Shown one piece after another: positions 1 through 12,972 of a stretch of DNA of 64,000 bases. This DNA comes from Kudoa neothunni (lineage: Eukaryota; Animalia; Cnidaria): positions 8,143,550 to 8,207,549 of the forward strand of contig OZ199838.1 of assembly GCA_964304625.1 (NCBI GenBank). Reading direction: 5' to 3'. The notes under the pieces are model-generated. The model saw only the letters and a list, made by a program, of their open reading frames with translations, had not been told where the DNA came from and searched no databases. The first letter of the stretch is position 1; each line of letters starts with the position of its first letter. The position numbers and the translations under genes were made by a program.

Positions 1-654
1 TCTACGAAATGTACAAAGTTATGCGTATTGATAAAACTAGAACATGTGCTTATAACCCTAAATCTGATGGAATGGTGGAGCGATTGAATAGAACCATTAT
101 CGATATGCTTAGTAAAGTATCATCAAATAATTCGAATTGGGACAAGCTGTTTCGCTTATTATGATGACATACAGATAGGCGACACATTGCGTCAAAATTT
201 TCTCCAAATTATCTTATGTTAATGAGGGAAATTAAATCTCCGCTGGGCGTTATTTTGGAGACTGATAAAGTTGCCACTGTTAAAGAAGATTACATTCGTT
301 GTTTGTTAAAAGACATGAGGTTGGCCCATAATGTTGCTGTAGGTAATATGGAAATGGAGCTAGAGAAAACTAAATCTCGATATAACAAGCGCGCTTATGG
401 AATCCCCTACAATATTGGCGATAAAGTATGGGTTGGTATTCCAGTTAGGAAAAATAAATTAGACCCATTTATGAGGGTCCCTATACTGTAAAACAAAAGA
501 TTTCGTATTCTGTCTATAGATTAGACATGAATGGTAGGTAAGATTATTGTAACCAATTTTGATAAGATGAACCCTATGTTGATCGGAGTGAGCTGATTAG
601 GAAAGAGCCCACAGAAGAACCTCCATTTGCCGAAACTATCGAAATGGGGGATAA
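1..654 (+). pseudogene. 3' end of Ty3/Gypsy pol (integrase C-terminus), frameshifted, ending in a polypurine tract
   Basis: Window start translates as ...KTRTCAYNPKSDGMVERLNRTIIDMLSKVSS, nearly identical to the integrase at 54749-56929. ORF 216-491 continues it. PPT GAAATGGGGGATAA at 641-654. Confidence 0.85.
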
Positions 655-842
655 TGTTAGGGCTGGAAGATTGTGTTTGGGTTCCTAGAACAATCCATTA
701 CGTACCGATGAGATAAATACGATCAGTGTGAGGTGCCGCTCCCTATGAAAACCCCTCTGTATAATATTAGCAGCTATATAAGATCCTATTAGCTTACCTT
801 ATTATGATTGTCATATTTTAACGATGGTTTCTTGCCTTAACA
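655..842 (+). repeat. 3' LTR of Gypsy element (188 bp)
   Basis: Follows the PPT. Termini are TGTTAGGGC...GCCTTAACA. The 3' part (AACGATGGTTTCTTGCCTTAACA) matches the end of the LTR at 54604-54767. Confidence 0.75.
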
Positions 843-1999
843 ATCATATTATAGCAAAATTTGTCATTTAAGAGAATAATTTTATTTTATTCCCTCCTCG
901 ATAAACTGAGCCAAAGTTTTTTCTCGTCATTACACATATTACAAGAATTATTTAATATTGGTATTGAGGTTTGTATTGTATATGATCCATTATTAAAAGA
1001 AAACCTGTATAATCAATTAGGTTTCTGAGTGTACTTATTCAAAAAAGTTACATATCATTTCAAAAAATAGCAATTTATTATGAAGACTTTAATTTTGTTG
1101 GTTATACCATTTTTCGATGATTTCGAGCAATTTTCTGGTTTAAGGTATGTGTAGAATTCAAAAATTAAAATAATATTGCAGCAATAATATGATATAATTC
1201 ACCACTAATTTTACTATGAAGTGTTTCTAGGGAATAAACTTTATAATAGCTTGACGGAATAATTAACAATAAAAATTTTATTTTAATCGCTTTTAGAATT
1301 TTAACCTTTACTATTTTAAGAATAAAATTACTTAAGACAAGAAAATTTTGGAAAACAGGCAGGTACTTCATCGTTTAATCCATTAGTATATATTATACTG
1401 TTTCGATGAATTTCGCACAAATATGACAAAAAATGATTGAAAACTATTTATTGCAAACAGTAAACAACAAAATTAATATCTAACAACATCAAGCGTTTGT
1501 CGACAAACCTTGGAGAATATTGCTTACCCGGAGATCACTCGAAATTAGCTCAAAAGTCACGTGTTATGAACACTAGGCACAGTCGAGTGCAGTAAATGAG
1601 TGATTTTGATGTTTGCGAGGTAACGCTATTCAATAATTGTCCTATTATTCTATAATTTATGGTCTATTGATCAATTTGTAACCTTGGATAAATTGTTTAT
1701 TACAATTTCAACAAATATTTGAATAGCGTTTCACAATACATTGCTAACTGTATCATAATGGGTTTATAATTTGGTAAAATATTAAAACTGACTTTAAATA
1801 ATGTATAAAATATTTTACCAATACATATTTTGTTGATAAAAAATTTCCCTCATTTAATATAAGCTAGCTTGGATTATGTGACTCTTTTTGTGTGTATCTA
1901 TTGTATTATGTAATAATAAACACTACTCTAGTGATAAAAATAATAATTAAAGTTATAGTAATCCAATTAAAAATTTTTCTTTATTGATCTTTTTAGAAA

Positions 2000-4222
2000 A
2001 TGAGTGATGTTGATGATACAACCGGTAAGAATAACAGACTTTCCCATCCTAAATTGAATCTAAAGTAACTTCACGAAGTTCTCAGCTTATTTGAGTTATG
2101 TTAGTTACTTTGCTGCAGACGTGGGAAAAATTGATTCACATGTACTGGTTTGAATTACGTGTTAATTTTGATGACTACCGTCATAGAACTCAATAAAACT
2201 TATTGACTTGTTGAATGAGCTACAACTAGGCGACGTGAATGAGTACTTATCTTATATTTTACTCGCTACGCTAATTATCAACCCTTCTAACTTTTTTTTG
2301 TTTTCTAAATATTTTTGGCGCTTTAAATATTACAAAATCTCTACAATAAACGAAATTTGTAATTAGTCAAATTTATCGACAGCTTCTCTTATTGTGTTTT
2401 TACTAAAATAAAAAACGTTCCAATGTGAGTTAAAAATAAACTTAGTTGTCAATCTAAAACTTTTTGTGTGTTTATCACCATTTTTATAACATGGCTGCTT
2501 TATTGTTGATGTTAATACTTAGGTGACATTAGTTTTTGAACCACAATAAGCAACCGATGTTACACACCCCTCGCGCGAGTCCTCGAATTATAATTAAATG
2601 TTATGTTTTTACAACTTAGGAGTAAAATTTAAACTTTTAGTCGCGTAGAAATTATAGTTGGACAATGATGAGGCGCAGTATATTAAGAAAGGTGGTATTT
2701 ATATTCTAATTTTTTATTGTTTCATATTTTTATGCATGTTTTATATGTAGTTTTTGAGATTTAATAAAAATTTGAAAGAAATCGAATATCGCGTTTCAAT
2801 ACAAATTTTTTTAACTTCACTAATTGAATTAATAGCCTCCTTGAAATTCATAGCAGCGGTACCCTCAGATTTATCTTCATGCATTTCCTCGTTACACTTA
2901 ATAAAATCCATCAAATTATCTTTTCTAAATAGAATGACAATATTAATTATACATGTAAAATATCTCATCCTCCCCTCATACACTTCATTTATTTCGTCAT
3001 TATTTAGCTCTGATCGTATAATCTTACCGATTTATTAATTTAATGTGGCTTTGTCTGTTAATTTATCGCATAGTGTGTGGGTTCCCAACTGGTTATGCAC
3101 AATTCATTCACTAAGCTTAATATTTCCCCTCAATTAACCTCCCTTTGAACTAAATTTAAAGTTATTAAAAATTTAGCGTGGTTTTAATGTGGAAATGCAA
3201 TGTAGAGTATACGCATCTACATGATAAAAGGCTCATATATAAAAAAGAGAATAAGGAGACAATTATTTAAAATTATATATACACTAAATATTTTCGTATA
3301 ACCGGAAAAATAATAGTTAATTATGCACTCTGCTTCCTTTAACGCTCACAGATACATTTCTATATAATATTCAATCATATAATTTTGAAAAATAGTATCG
3401 TTCAGAAATGTATTTCTTAGTTAGATATTGAATAAAGTAAGATTCGGTACAAGGCATGTCGTTGTTGTAACGAATTTTAATATACATATTATTTCTATAC
3501 CCAACTATAACGTTCAATAATTTATCACCTGACATTCCCAAATTTACCCTTGGTTGGGAACTTTTGTTCTAGGACTTATTTGATCTTAACGTCATTTTAA
3601 TTATGCTACCCAAACTTTTAATTTTAAATTCTCTGAATCTAAAAGTAATTGAATCACATATTATTATTGGATGGGTTTAAATTTTATATTGCGAATAAAA
3701 CTGGTTTGGAATACTTGGGCCGCTAAGTCGATAGGAGTTTCATACCCTGTTAGGGAACATATTTTGAAACTAACCGTAATTACAATGAAAGGTTGGCTCA
3801 TTTCTGTCGTATAAAATATTTTTAGCATGTATTAATTAAGAAAGTATTTTAACTGATGTTTTTTTTTATTCGAAACGAAGACATATTATTTAACAAATCT
3901 ATAAATTCTCAATACATGGGAAAATAGAATAACCAATTAAATATGATTTATTTAATAATTTTTCATATTTATCTAATTTTTACAAATTCTCGATTTTATA
4001 AGATCTCGATTGTGGGATGGGGTGATAATTGTTCACTTGCAATTATTACCTTTATTTATGTAGGGTCATTGGATGGCGTTATCATTTTGAAAATTTTAGC
4101 CACCCACACACATATCCGGTAGATGCCAAGGAATTGCTTGAATGTTTCGGTAGTGCATTATTTGAAATCACATTTAAATAATCGTTTTTATTCTAGAATG
4201 GATAGTTTACAGGCAATTACAG
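2000..4222 (+). CDS. Candidate small multi-exon host gene of unknown product (3' end not resolved)
   Basis: Exons 2000-2024, 2119-2141, 2187-2242, 4064-4149 and 4197-4222 join through GT-AG introns in consistent phase. Product: MSDVDDTTDVGKIDSHNSIKLIDLLNELQLGDVNEVIGWRYHFENFSHPHTYPVDAKELLECFEWIVYRQLQ. Confidence 0.4.
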
Positions 4223-4691
4223 GTACTTATACATTTAAATGATGCCTTTATCCTTGTTTCACAGCACAAACTAATAATAATAATAATTTTTGTTTTTATC
4301 TGAAATGTTAATTTAACAGATTTTAACTGTATCGGAAGTAACACAACTACAATGTCGCGAAATTTTTTATTTGGAATTAATTTTTTGAATATTTTATTGG
4401 TTATATATATATAATTTAAATTTCTACCCCTAACATAAATATTGAATTTCTATTTAACTTTTCTATCATCAATACACCAAACAAAATGGAATAGAGAAAT
4501 TCTTAAAACAAATGAGTTGTTTCAAAATCATGGAAAAAAGCCACATGTGATCCAAATTATATTAATCTACAAATAATATTTTTCTCTTTCCCCATTATTT
4601 TTTTATAAGATCAATCAATTGCTTCGAAGGTAGAATCCCCGTAATGTTGCTGTGGTATTCTAAAGGTTTTCTCAACTGGATTTATCATTAA

Positions 4692-5389
4692 CTAGTGCAA
4701 AAGCCCTGCTTCGCATGGGCTTCCTTGTCTGGCCACGCAGACTAAAGCCTTGAGTAGGCCAAGGTCATTTGAAGTTCAATGTAAATTCAGAGTATTTAGA
4801 GAAATAGTACAACGATTACCCAATCACTGGTGATTTATTTAACTCATTGGACGCATGAACCTTACTTAATATTTTTAAAAACGAATAAACACTACTGAGC
4901 GTTTGAATTTCCTATTTAGAGCTCCCAAAATATCGATTTTCTCCTTGTTGTTTGCAGTAATCTCTAAATCATACCATATGATTAGGACTAATCTTGTTAA
5001 GCATCAACAAATGAATTTCATATTAATGCAAGGATACATAACCTAATATTACCTTCCTTATTTGAACTATTTCAATTATTAAATTACTTTTTAATAATTT
5101 TAAAGTAAAATAAACATTATGGTACATTTAAAATTAACTTTTTATAATTTTAACGAAATGATCTATATGTTTGCATAAATCCTGAAATCTTACCACTCAT
5201 ATCACGTGACAATGTTTTTAGTCATTTAGCGGGATGCAAACCTTTTATAATTTTTTACGTATTTTATGTTAAAATAAAATTTTATCTTTCCATATGTGTT
5301 CTCAAATGGAGCGATATATCTCTCTATAAAGAATGAAAAATGCGTACACACTGACACACACGGATTACCGGTTTGCTTCATATAGTGGA
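4692..5389 (-). mobile_element. Non-autonomous Helitron (~700 bp)
   Basis: On the minus strand: 5' A|TCCACTATATG...CCGTGTGTGTCAG (shared with 12973-14104), a 3' hairpin GCCCATGCGAAGCAGGGC, then CTAG|T. AT target, no TSD. Confidence 0.65.
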
Positions 5390-5551
5390 TGATCTAAATA
5401 ACAATGTTAATGTTTCTACCTATCGATCATTAGAATTCAAATTATTATTTATGATTTGTTTGACTAATAACTGTTGGATCTCATCAGTTTAACTGTAAAG
5501 TATAATTTTGCAATGCAAGCATATTTTATTATTTTTTTCCGTTATTTGAAA

Positions 5552-6594
5552 CTAGCTGGAACTGCCCAGCGTTGCTTGGGGAAGATTTCGCCTAGAGGCT
5601 TTTTTTAATAGCGTTCAAAAAATATATTGAAATCTCGAATTGACCCACAAAAACAAAATAACTAAAAATTTTTAAGCAACTTACTATAACGATTTAGGTT
5701 ATGTAATTTAAATGATTATAATTTCTGTGAAGGAAATATTAATCCCGGCGTCCATTTAAAAATTTCGTGGCTCGGTAACTGGGTGCACCACTAACTTTTT
5801 AAGAGATAAAAAATAGAAAAAAATAAAAGAGATAGAAGAAAACTTATGAAAATTAATCGATATTGTTGAAATTAGCATTGTTTAACTCGGCATAAACATA
5901 CATGCGCTTTTATCATAAACGACCACAAATTGCGTCGATTTCAACATAAACAATTTAAATAATTTGGTGAAATAAAAGTACAACCACCCGCATTGAATTT
6001 AATCACATAAAGTAAAACTTAGCGGACAATTTAGTGAAACCTATGAATACAGTATTTCCATTATAACGCTTCAATCAACGTAACTTTAACGTTCTCCACG
6101 AATTCGGTATTTATGAAACATATATATATTTTTTATCACATTGAAAACCATTAATAGAACTTATAAAATATACTTATCAAGTCATATACGTTAAAACTCC
6201 GCAAATAAGGAGTGTGTTTAAACAGATACCCAAATAGAAACGCCAACCTTATATATAAAGATAGATAGAAGCAGTTAATGAACATATGATAGAGCATATA
6301 AGGGAGATAGTTAACTTCAACCGACCATCACCAATACATAAGCAAGTGCTAATCCTATAGTTGAACTCATGTAATCCGATAAACAAACTTTAAATCGACA
6401 AAATCACTATTTCATAAATACTTTTTGGAAACTTTCGTAGTCCGACAACAATTAAACGATTTTTTTAAATATCACAAATTTATAAAAATTTTCTATATGG
6501 CTCTCTATAGGAAAAAATTGTCCGCACATGCGTACTTAGGGACATACAAACACAAACAAACATACCGACAGTCCTCTTTTATATATATAAAGGA
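5552..6594 (-). mobile_element. Non-autonomous Helitron, family A copy 1
   Basis: On the minus strand: 5' A|TCCTTTATATATATAAAAG, a 3' hairpin CCCAAGCAACGCTGGG, then CTAG|T. Highly similar to 36519-37696. Confidence 0.85.
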
Positions 6595-6608
6595 TTTTGG
6601 CTGCTTTA

Positions 6609-7735
6609 CAGTATAGTGACGAACTTCGGTACAAAAACAACGTTCGGGGAAAATCTGACACAATATTAAACTGAATATAAAACCATTATATATTTACACA
6701 GAGTGAACAATTCTTTATTTTTATATTTACACCCAAACAAAAAATCGGATATATGTCCGGGCAAGCTTTCCGGATTTTTGTTGGTCGCGTTTCTATATTT
6801 GCGTTTGAAAGCTCCCCAAGTAGCTTCGATTCGATTAGTATGAACACCTTCGTCCGATACAAATCTCCTTTTGTGGATCACTCTTCCATTCACAAACCTT
6901 ACATCTGTCAGTCAATTATACCCGACCCAACCATCTGTCCGTATTGTGGAACCGTCTTCAACATTCTCGGTAATTATTCCCTCCAGAACACTTTGATTTC
7001 TAAGGCGGGAAATTTTTAAGAAGCAGTTTCCATCTTCATCTATACCGCCCATCATCCAATACTGTTGGTTCTTCAATATTCTACCTACATTATATTTTCT
7101 TTTTGAGATAGCGGTTTCATCGATCTGTACAACAACTATTACTCCTCTGATTTTTTCGGACTCTCCATCAAGTTTTGAAGCCATTAAATCGTTTTTAATA
7201 CTCTGCCATTCAAAAATAGTTGCATATGACTCTATTTTGAAATAAAATTGTAGCGTTTCGTAAGCAGCCGTTGGGTTTTGATGACGTAAACCATAAGAAA
7301 ACTTTCCCACTGAGGAAGTTTGGATAATCCGAAAATACTATTTGTTCTTACTGAGCATTGTTTTTGGCATCTTGTACATCTAAATTGGTGGCCATCACCG
7401 GTGTCCTTTCTTATTGATATCTTCATTACCACGCCATACGAACATTTCATGTAGCTTTGTAGGAATCCAAGATTCTGCAAAACTTTAATTGTATATGTAT
7501 TATCTTCTCGAAAGTATGCAAAATCAAAAACTGTTATATCGTCAATGTCCTCTAAAGTGAATAATTTCTTAAAACTTCCCATCCCAAGCAATTATTCGAC
7601 ATTTTACGAACAAAGCCCAAGATCGTTACATATACTGTGAAATAGTCATAAGTAATTATGAATAAAACTTACAGATAATAATTATTTGCAGAAAAAGCTC
7701 AGTTTTACAAAAGTGCCGAAAAGGGAACAGTAACC
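6609..7735 (-). mobile_element. Merlin/ISXO2-like (IS1595-related DDE) DNA transposon, frameshifted transposase 7591-6666
   Basis: Motifs VVQIDETAISKRKYNVGR, IRTDGW and GVHTNRIEATWGAFK are spread over ORFs 7232-7591, 6912-7310 and 6666-6893, with an N-terminal CxxC. Imperfect IR at 6609/7637 and a TIR-like motif at 7713-7735. Confidence 0.85.
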
Positions 7736-7979
7736 TCACCATGTGCATAATTCTAATAAAGTTGGTCACATGCTCTTACAGAAAAAAGTATGAATTTTCA
7801 CTGAGAACAAAAGTGAATTTATTAATTATAAGTATTAATAATTAAATTATTTAGAACGCTCTACGTGCACGTACGTAAGGAAATTATTGCAATAACGGAT
7901 GATAGTTTTCTTGAGTATGACGCATCTTGTCCGTAGAGTGTTCATAGAGGATGTTATGTTCGGTTTTTGGCACATGGAA

Positions 7980-8960
7980 GCCTTCTGAAAATTGCTCAAT
8001 ACAGTTCTATGACCTACTAGAGCATTTTTCGTTGTAAACGATATTAGATTTTTTTACGATGGCTCGCGTATGTGTAAGAGGGTCAATTTTCGAGGAAGCC
8101 CCTACATTTACTAATCTCCATAAATTTACCAAGACCATAGACCGCATGTTGATGACTAGTTACCATCACCATTTTTGACTTTATCTTTATTCTATAGCAG
8201 GCTATTGAATTGTCGGCAAGATCATCTCTACCCGTGTGCTTATTATACATATACATGTTAAGTGGACGTTTAACCTGTCACAAAGACTTTTTAATTTAAC
8301 AATATCTATTAACTTTCGTAATTGGGTGTGGGCAAAAACAATGAGTCATCAATAAAATTAATTCAATATCGTGCCAATGAGGGCATAAAATTTTTGTGGA
8401 ATTATCAAAAAACAATCTAAGGTTTGATACATCCTTCAAGTCATCAATGAAACGTTTCACACCACCTACTCCAAATCTCAGCTGTTGACTTCCATCGCAA
8501 ATAGAAAAGCCATATGCGTAACCATATGAAGACCTTATTATACAATTTTTAAACCCACAGCGTAAAGGTTTCCCCTCCTAAATATTTTACAGGAAGGATG
8601 TCCTTAATATGGTTACATTTGCACATTTGTGATTTTCCCGTTGAAAATTCCATACTTTCCTAAGTTTACATTAATTTTTTAAATTAATGGTTTTTTATTT
8701 AAACAATTTATCGCCCTTGTCTATTCTCGCGTTGTCATTAAGATGGAGGTATCTCTTAATGGATTTGAAATGTTTATAGGTCATCGCTCTATTCACTAGC
8801 ATTACTCAAGAATCTACAGCGTCTTCCCAACACATATATCATATATCGCTAGGCTAACGTACGGTAGCCGGTAAGTGACAGGAAACCATTAAATGTTTTG
8901 AGTTGTTCGGCTGTCGGATTAAAAATGTGGTCGTTTTTCTGTTGAGTGTATAAGTATGAT
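7980..8960 (-). pseudogene. Heavily decayed piggyBac-like transposase
   Basis: Minus-strand fragments NRAMTYKHFKSIKRYLHLNDN (~8800-8735) and GKPLRCGFK...SSYGYAYGF (~8575-8505). Boundaries are approximate. Confidence 0.55.
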
Positions 8961-9430
8961 CTCTTTTAAATCACCATTATGATGTTTTCGTCCAAATCTT
9001 GTTGAAGAACATTATAGGATTCAACTCTTTCCTAAAATTTATGCAGGTTCTTCACATAAATTTTAACCGGTAATAAGTTATGCACAGTCATTGAAAGTTC
9101 GAGACCTAATTTTATTTGGAGAACATTTTTTAGTAAGGAAAAACTTCATCTTTAGAAAATTTACTAATTATGTTCGTACTGCATCTCAATCTCTGCGCAC
9201 ATTTCGGGTACGATTCTTATACCAGTATCCACTATTAAATTTGGCACCAAATTATCCTCCTCATCCATTAAATCCTCAATATTGATTGGAGAAAGAGTGA
9301 TAATGCCTCGAAAGCATGCCATCGTTATTGCAGAATTCATTAACAGCGTCTAATAAATGTTTGTAACGAATTACGTACGTCACGAATTTCAACAATCTGT
9401 TAAAGGATTAATTGAAGATTTCCACGTGGA

Positions 9431-9776
9431 GGAGTTACTGTTCATTTTTCGGCACATGTTTATTTTGTTAATACTTTTCTTAATTCCAAGCGCATATCAA
9501 AGAAAATCAAAATTTTGAGTTTCACCCATAATATTAAATCACAAATTTATAGACGGAGATAAATTCATGCCGTCATAATATTTCACTATTGGTACTAAAT
9601 GAGCGGTTGAGCATAAACAGCACGATATTTTTTAAACCATAAAATGTGATTTCTTATTTTGTAAAGTAAGACTGATTGACTGTACCAAGATATATTTTCA
9701 TTTATAAATGAATCGGTTATTCGACCAAAGAGAAAATCGTATTTTATTCATGTGCCGGAAAGGGAACAGTAACACC
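9431..9776. mobile_element. MITE with ~26-bp imperfect TIRs, GG...CC termini
   Basis: GGAGTTACTGTTCATTTTTCGGCACA / TGTGCCGGAAAGGGAACAGTAACACC. The same TIR motif occurs at 7713-7735. Confidence 0.6.
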
Positions 9777-12373
9777 TAATGGGTAATGGGTTAATATCCT
9801 ACGCCTTCTGCTTCTAAAATCTTATATAGGCCAATATCTAGTCCACAAATTATAAAATTATTTTGATTATAATTTTCATACCTCCCATGTAGAATACATA
9901 CATATACCCTTTGAAATTGTTTTTCTTCGGTTTTATTTTAATATTCTTTTTTCGTCTCTGCCAATATTTTCTAACTAACCTATAGGACATGAACCAAAAC
10001 TGGTTTGTAGGAGATTTCATTGTGGAACTTAAAAACATCGTAAATTGTTTTTTTTTTCATGAATTTATTTCACTTAGCCTGAATTAGCCAAGCTGCCGTT
10101 CTCATATATTTCAGAAAAATTTGTCAGATCCCCATACGATGAATATAACGAATCTTTTGTGAATGTCGTTCTTGGAGCGTTCGATCGAGTTTCTAATGGT
10201 CATGAAGTTCTCTTTGGCGGACTGATCAAAAAAAACAAAGACGACAAAAACCGGGTATATAATATTTATTGTTATTACGAATTTTTTCTACGTTATTCAA
10301 TCTGAATTACGCCAACTATAATAACTATTAATTATATGAATTCAACTTGAGTTATTCAGATGAAATGGTTGAAACATCTTATGAAACACAAAAATCTCAT
10401 TAGAAACACGACTTTCACATCAAAAGAATGTGTCAGTAATCGATTGAAACCATTCTTGGACGATCCTTATAATTTGTGGTATGTATTCTTTGCCGAGAAT
10501 GGGTAGGTATGCTCTATTCGTTAAGCAAGCCATTTAAAAACTTATTACTTCTTTTGTTTTGTACACCATTTAAAAAAATATCATGTAAGTTAATAAATCT
10601 GTTAAAATATAAATACCGAGTTTTATAATAGTCTCATTCTAACTAAACTTAGTTGTCTATTTTTCATGTTAAAAATTCACACGTAAATGCTTCAATTTTC
10701 TGTGAAATCACAGAGAATACATTTGGGCAGAGATTTCAAGCTATATTTGCAAATAAAATTATTTAACTCTTTAATGCTGAGTTTATTCTATAATTTATAT
10801 TTAATCTGATAGTAGAAACATGTTAACGTTAAAAAATTTTCTGTTACTTTGCGTCTAAAATATTTTTCTTTTCATTTTATTCAATAATAGAATAAAATGT
10901 ATAAATAAATGTAGTTTTTACATTTTTAAGACATCTAATATTTTATTTTGTTTGATAAAAGTGTAACAAATAAGAGTATGTATAGGATTTCATTAGTTAG
11001 ATAGAATTAAATTTTTGGATATTTTTCCTTGTGTCAATTGATCTGAATAAATTTAGCTCCTTGCATGTAGTTTAAATTATAGTGAATACTTTCTGTCGTC
11101 TAAAAGCCCAGCGAAGAGACGAAAATAATTACTTATAGTAGATTTTTAACAATAAACCTATACCTAATCTATAAATTGGGATCCATGGAACCAAAAATAA
11201 CGGAATTATTCACGCGCGAACGTCATTTAAGATTAAATATGTACGATTCAGTAGCAACTGCCTTAAAACAACTTCCACCTTTAATCGATACATTAAAAAA
11301 AATATCATGGTTCTGCTATTTATCAATCCGTAATTTAATTTTCTGAGGATTATGAAATGCTTTATGTTGGATTTTCAGTAAATTTTCCTCACATTTTTTA
11401 TCCAATCAAAAATATTCATAGACTTTTATCTTAAAAACAGTTTAGTTCGCGAATGTTTAACTCTAGATATGGATGTATATATGTACATTAAGTTTGGAGT
11501 AATCCATTTCGTTGAATGCCCGACTTATATCGCTATTTATCCCCAGTATGTCTGGAACCCGCCCATAATCATACAACACAATACATCCTTTGGTACATTA
11601 GAACGTCAATATAAGCCTAAGTAGAATTAAAGTATGGTACGACCAATAAAAAATCTGCACGTGGTGTTGACGAGGAATAATCTGACTCAGCTGTCCAATT
11701 TTTTTTATTTTTTCCCATTGTTTTATCATAATACGATAATGCCTCAATATAGAGAGGATTTGGGGGAATGCAATGTATCACGATATAATGAGACTCCTCG
11801 CAATATCGAGATTTCGCATATGCGCTTATAAGTTTAATATTTTGATTTTTGGCGAATAAACTATCTATTTAAGGTTGTTCCCCCGCGTTTTAAATATTTC
11901 GTATAAAAGGTCCATTACAGAATGTAAAAAGAGAGCAAGAATGAAGGCAAAAAAACTATAAAGGCCATTCTAATTGAGTTGATGAGACTTTGTCTCTTTT
12001 TCAAAATCATAGTCTGAGTCTTCAGGGCATATAAACACATTTAAATAACTTATTTCATACATGTCATATCCATTATCATGAACAGTTTCAGCCTCCTCCA
12101 AATCGTGAACGTCATCTAGTCCATCTAAGACAATTAAAACAAATAAGCAATAACAAATATCATAAATAATTTCAAGATTTCTACGGTTAGAACCAGAAAA
12201 TAATTTCTCTTATATATATATATATATATGTTAAACATTTTGAACTGAATAAAATATTGCAGACGAGTCAAGATTTCTCGAAACAAGTTACGATGACAGA
12301 GAGTTATTAACTGTTTCCAAAGAATTTCTTAGGGCCGTGTTTCCCAACGTGGGGCATGTAAATTTTTGAACGT

Positions 12374-12626
12374 TTAATGAATCGCTCTGGTGGGGCTCGG
12401 AAAATCCTGAGTATTGGTGTGACACAGATAATAATGAGATAATTGGGCAATACCACGTACTTTGAAGTCAATATCGCGATTTTCGATATCATTTATTTTC
12501 AAGTGACAATTAATACCATAACAAATATAGAAAGAAATGTCTAATTACATAAAAATTAATAATAATATCTAACGTACCCTTCACCCGAATAGAATCAGAA
12601 TGGCTTGAATCTACATTGTGTCTCAT
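12374..12626 (-). CDS. Possible tiny spliced ORF or gene fragment (~53 aa)
   Basis: Two GTACGT...AG introns (12577-12541 and 12460-12407) join an open frame MRHNVDSSH...DFKDFPSPTRAIH*. No recognisable homology. Confidence 0.2.
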
Positions 12627-12972
12627 TTAGAATCGTATATCCCATTTATTTGATTAACCCTGATATGACATTGATTAATTTTGTATGTGTATTATTTATA
12701 TTTGGTTCACTAACCCTGTATACACAAAAGTCTACCCAATGAGGGCTAAATTACCACATGTTTCATTTAACGCGGTTTTTGACTTAATGAAGAAATAAAA
12801 ATGTTAATTTTTAAAGTCCATCTATGAATTAAATTAGATCTGATCGAGTATATTTTCACTCTAATTCTAATGTGGCATGAAGCTTGATTCAAAATTATAA
12901 GCAGTTCAAGTTAAAAAATCAATACATTTGAAAAAGGTTGGACACGATAGAAAAAAGGTTGGGAAACACTGA

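Noticed and set aside
1515-1610. U1 snRNA-like words (CTTACCCGG, GATCAC)
   Set aside because: Spacing is wrong, and there is no stem-loop II or clear Sm site.
6666-7591. Bacterial IS1595 contamination or recent horizontal transfer
   Set aside because: Eukaryotic Merlin elements are the known relatives. Both copies are decayed, AT-rich and embedded among intron-containing genes.
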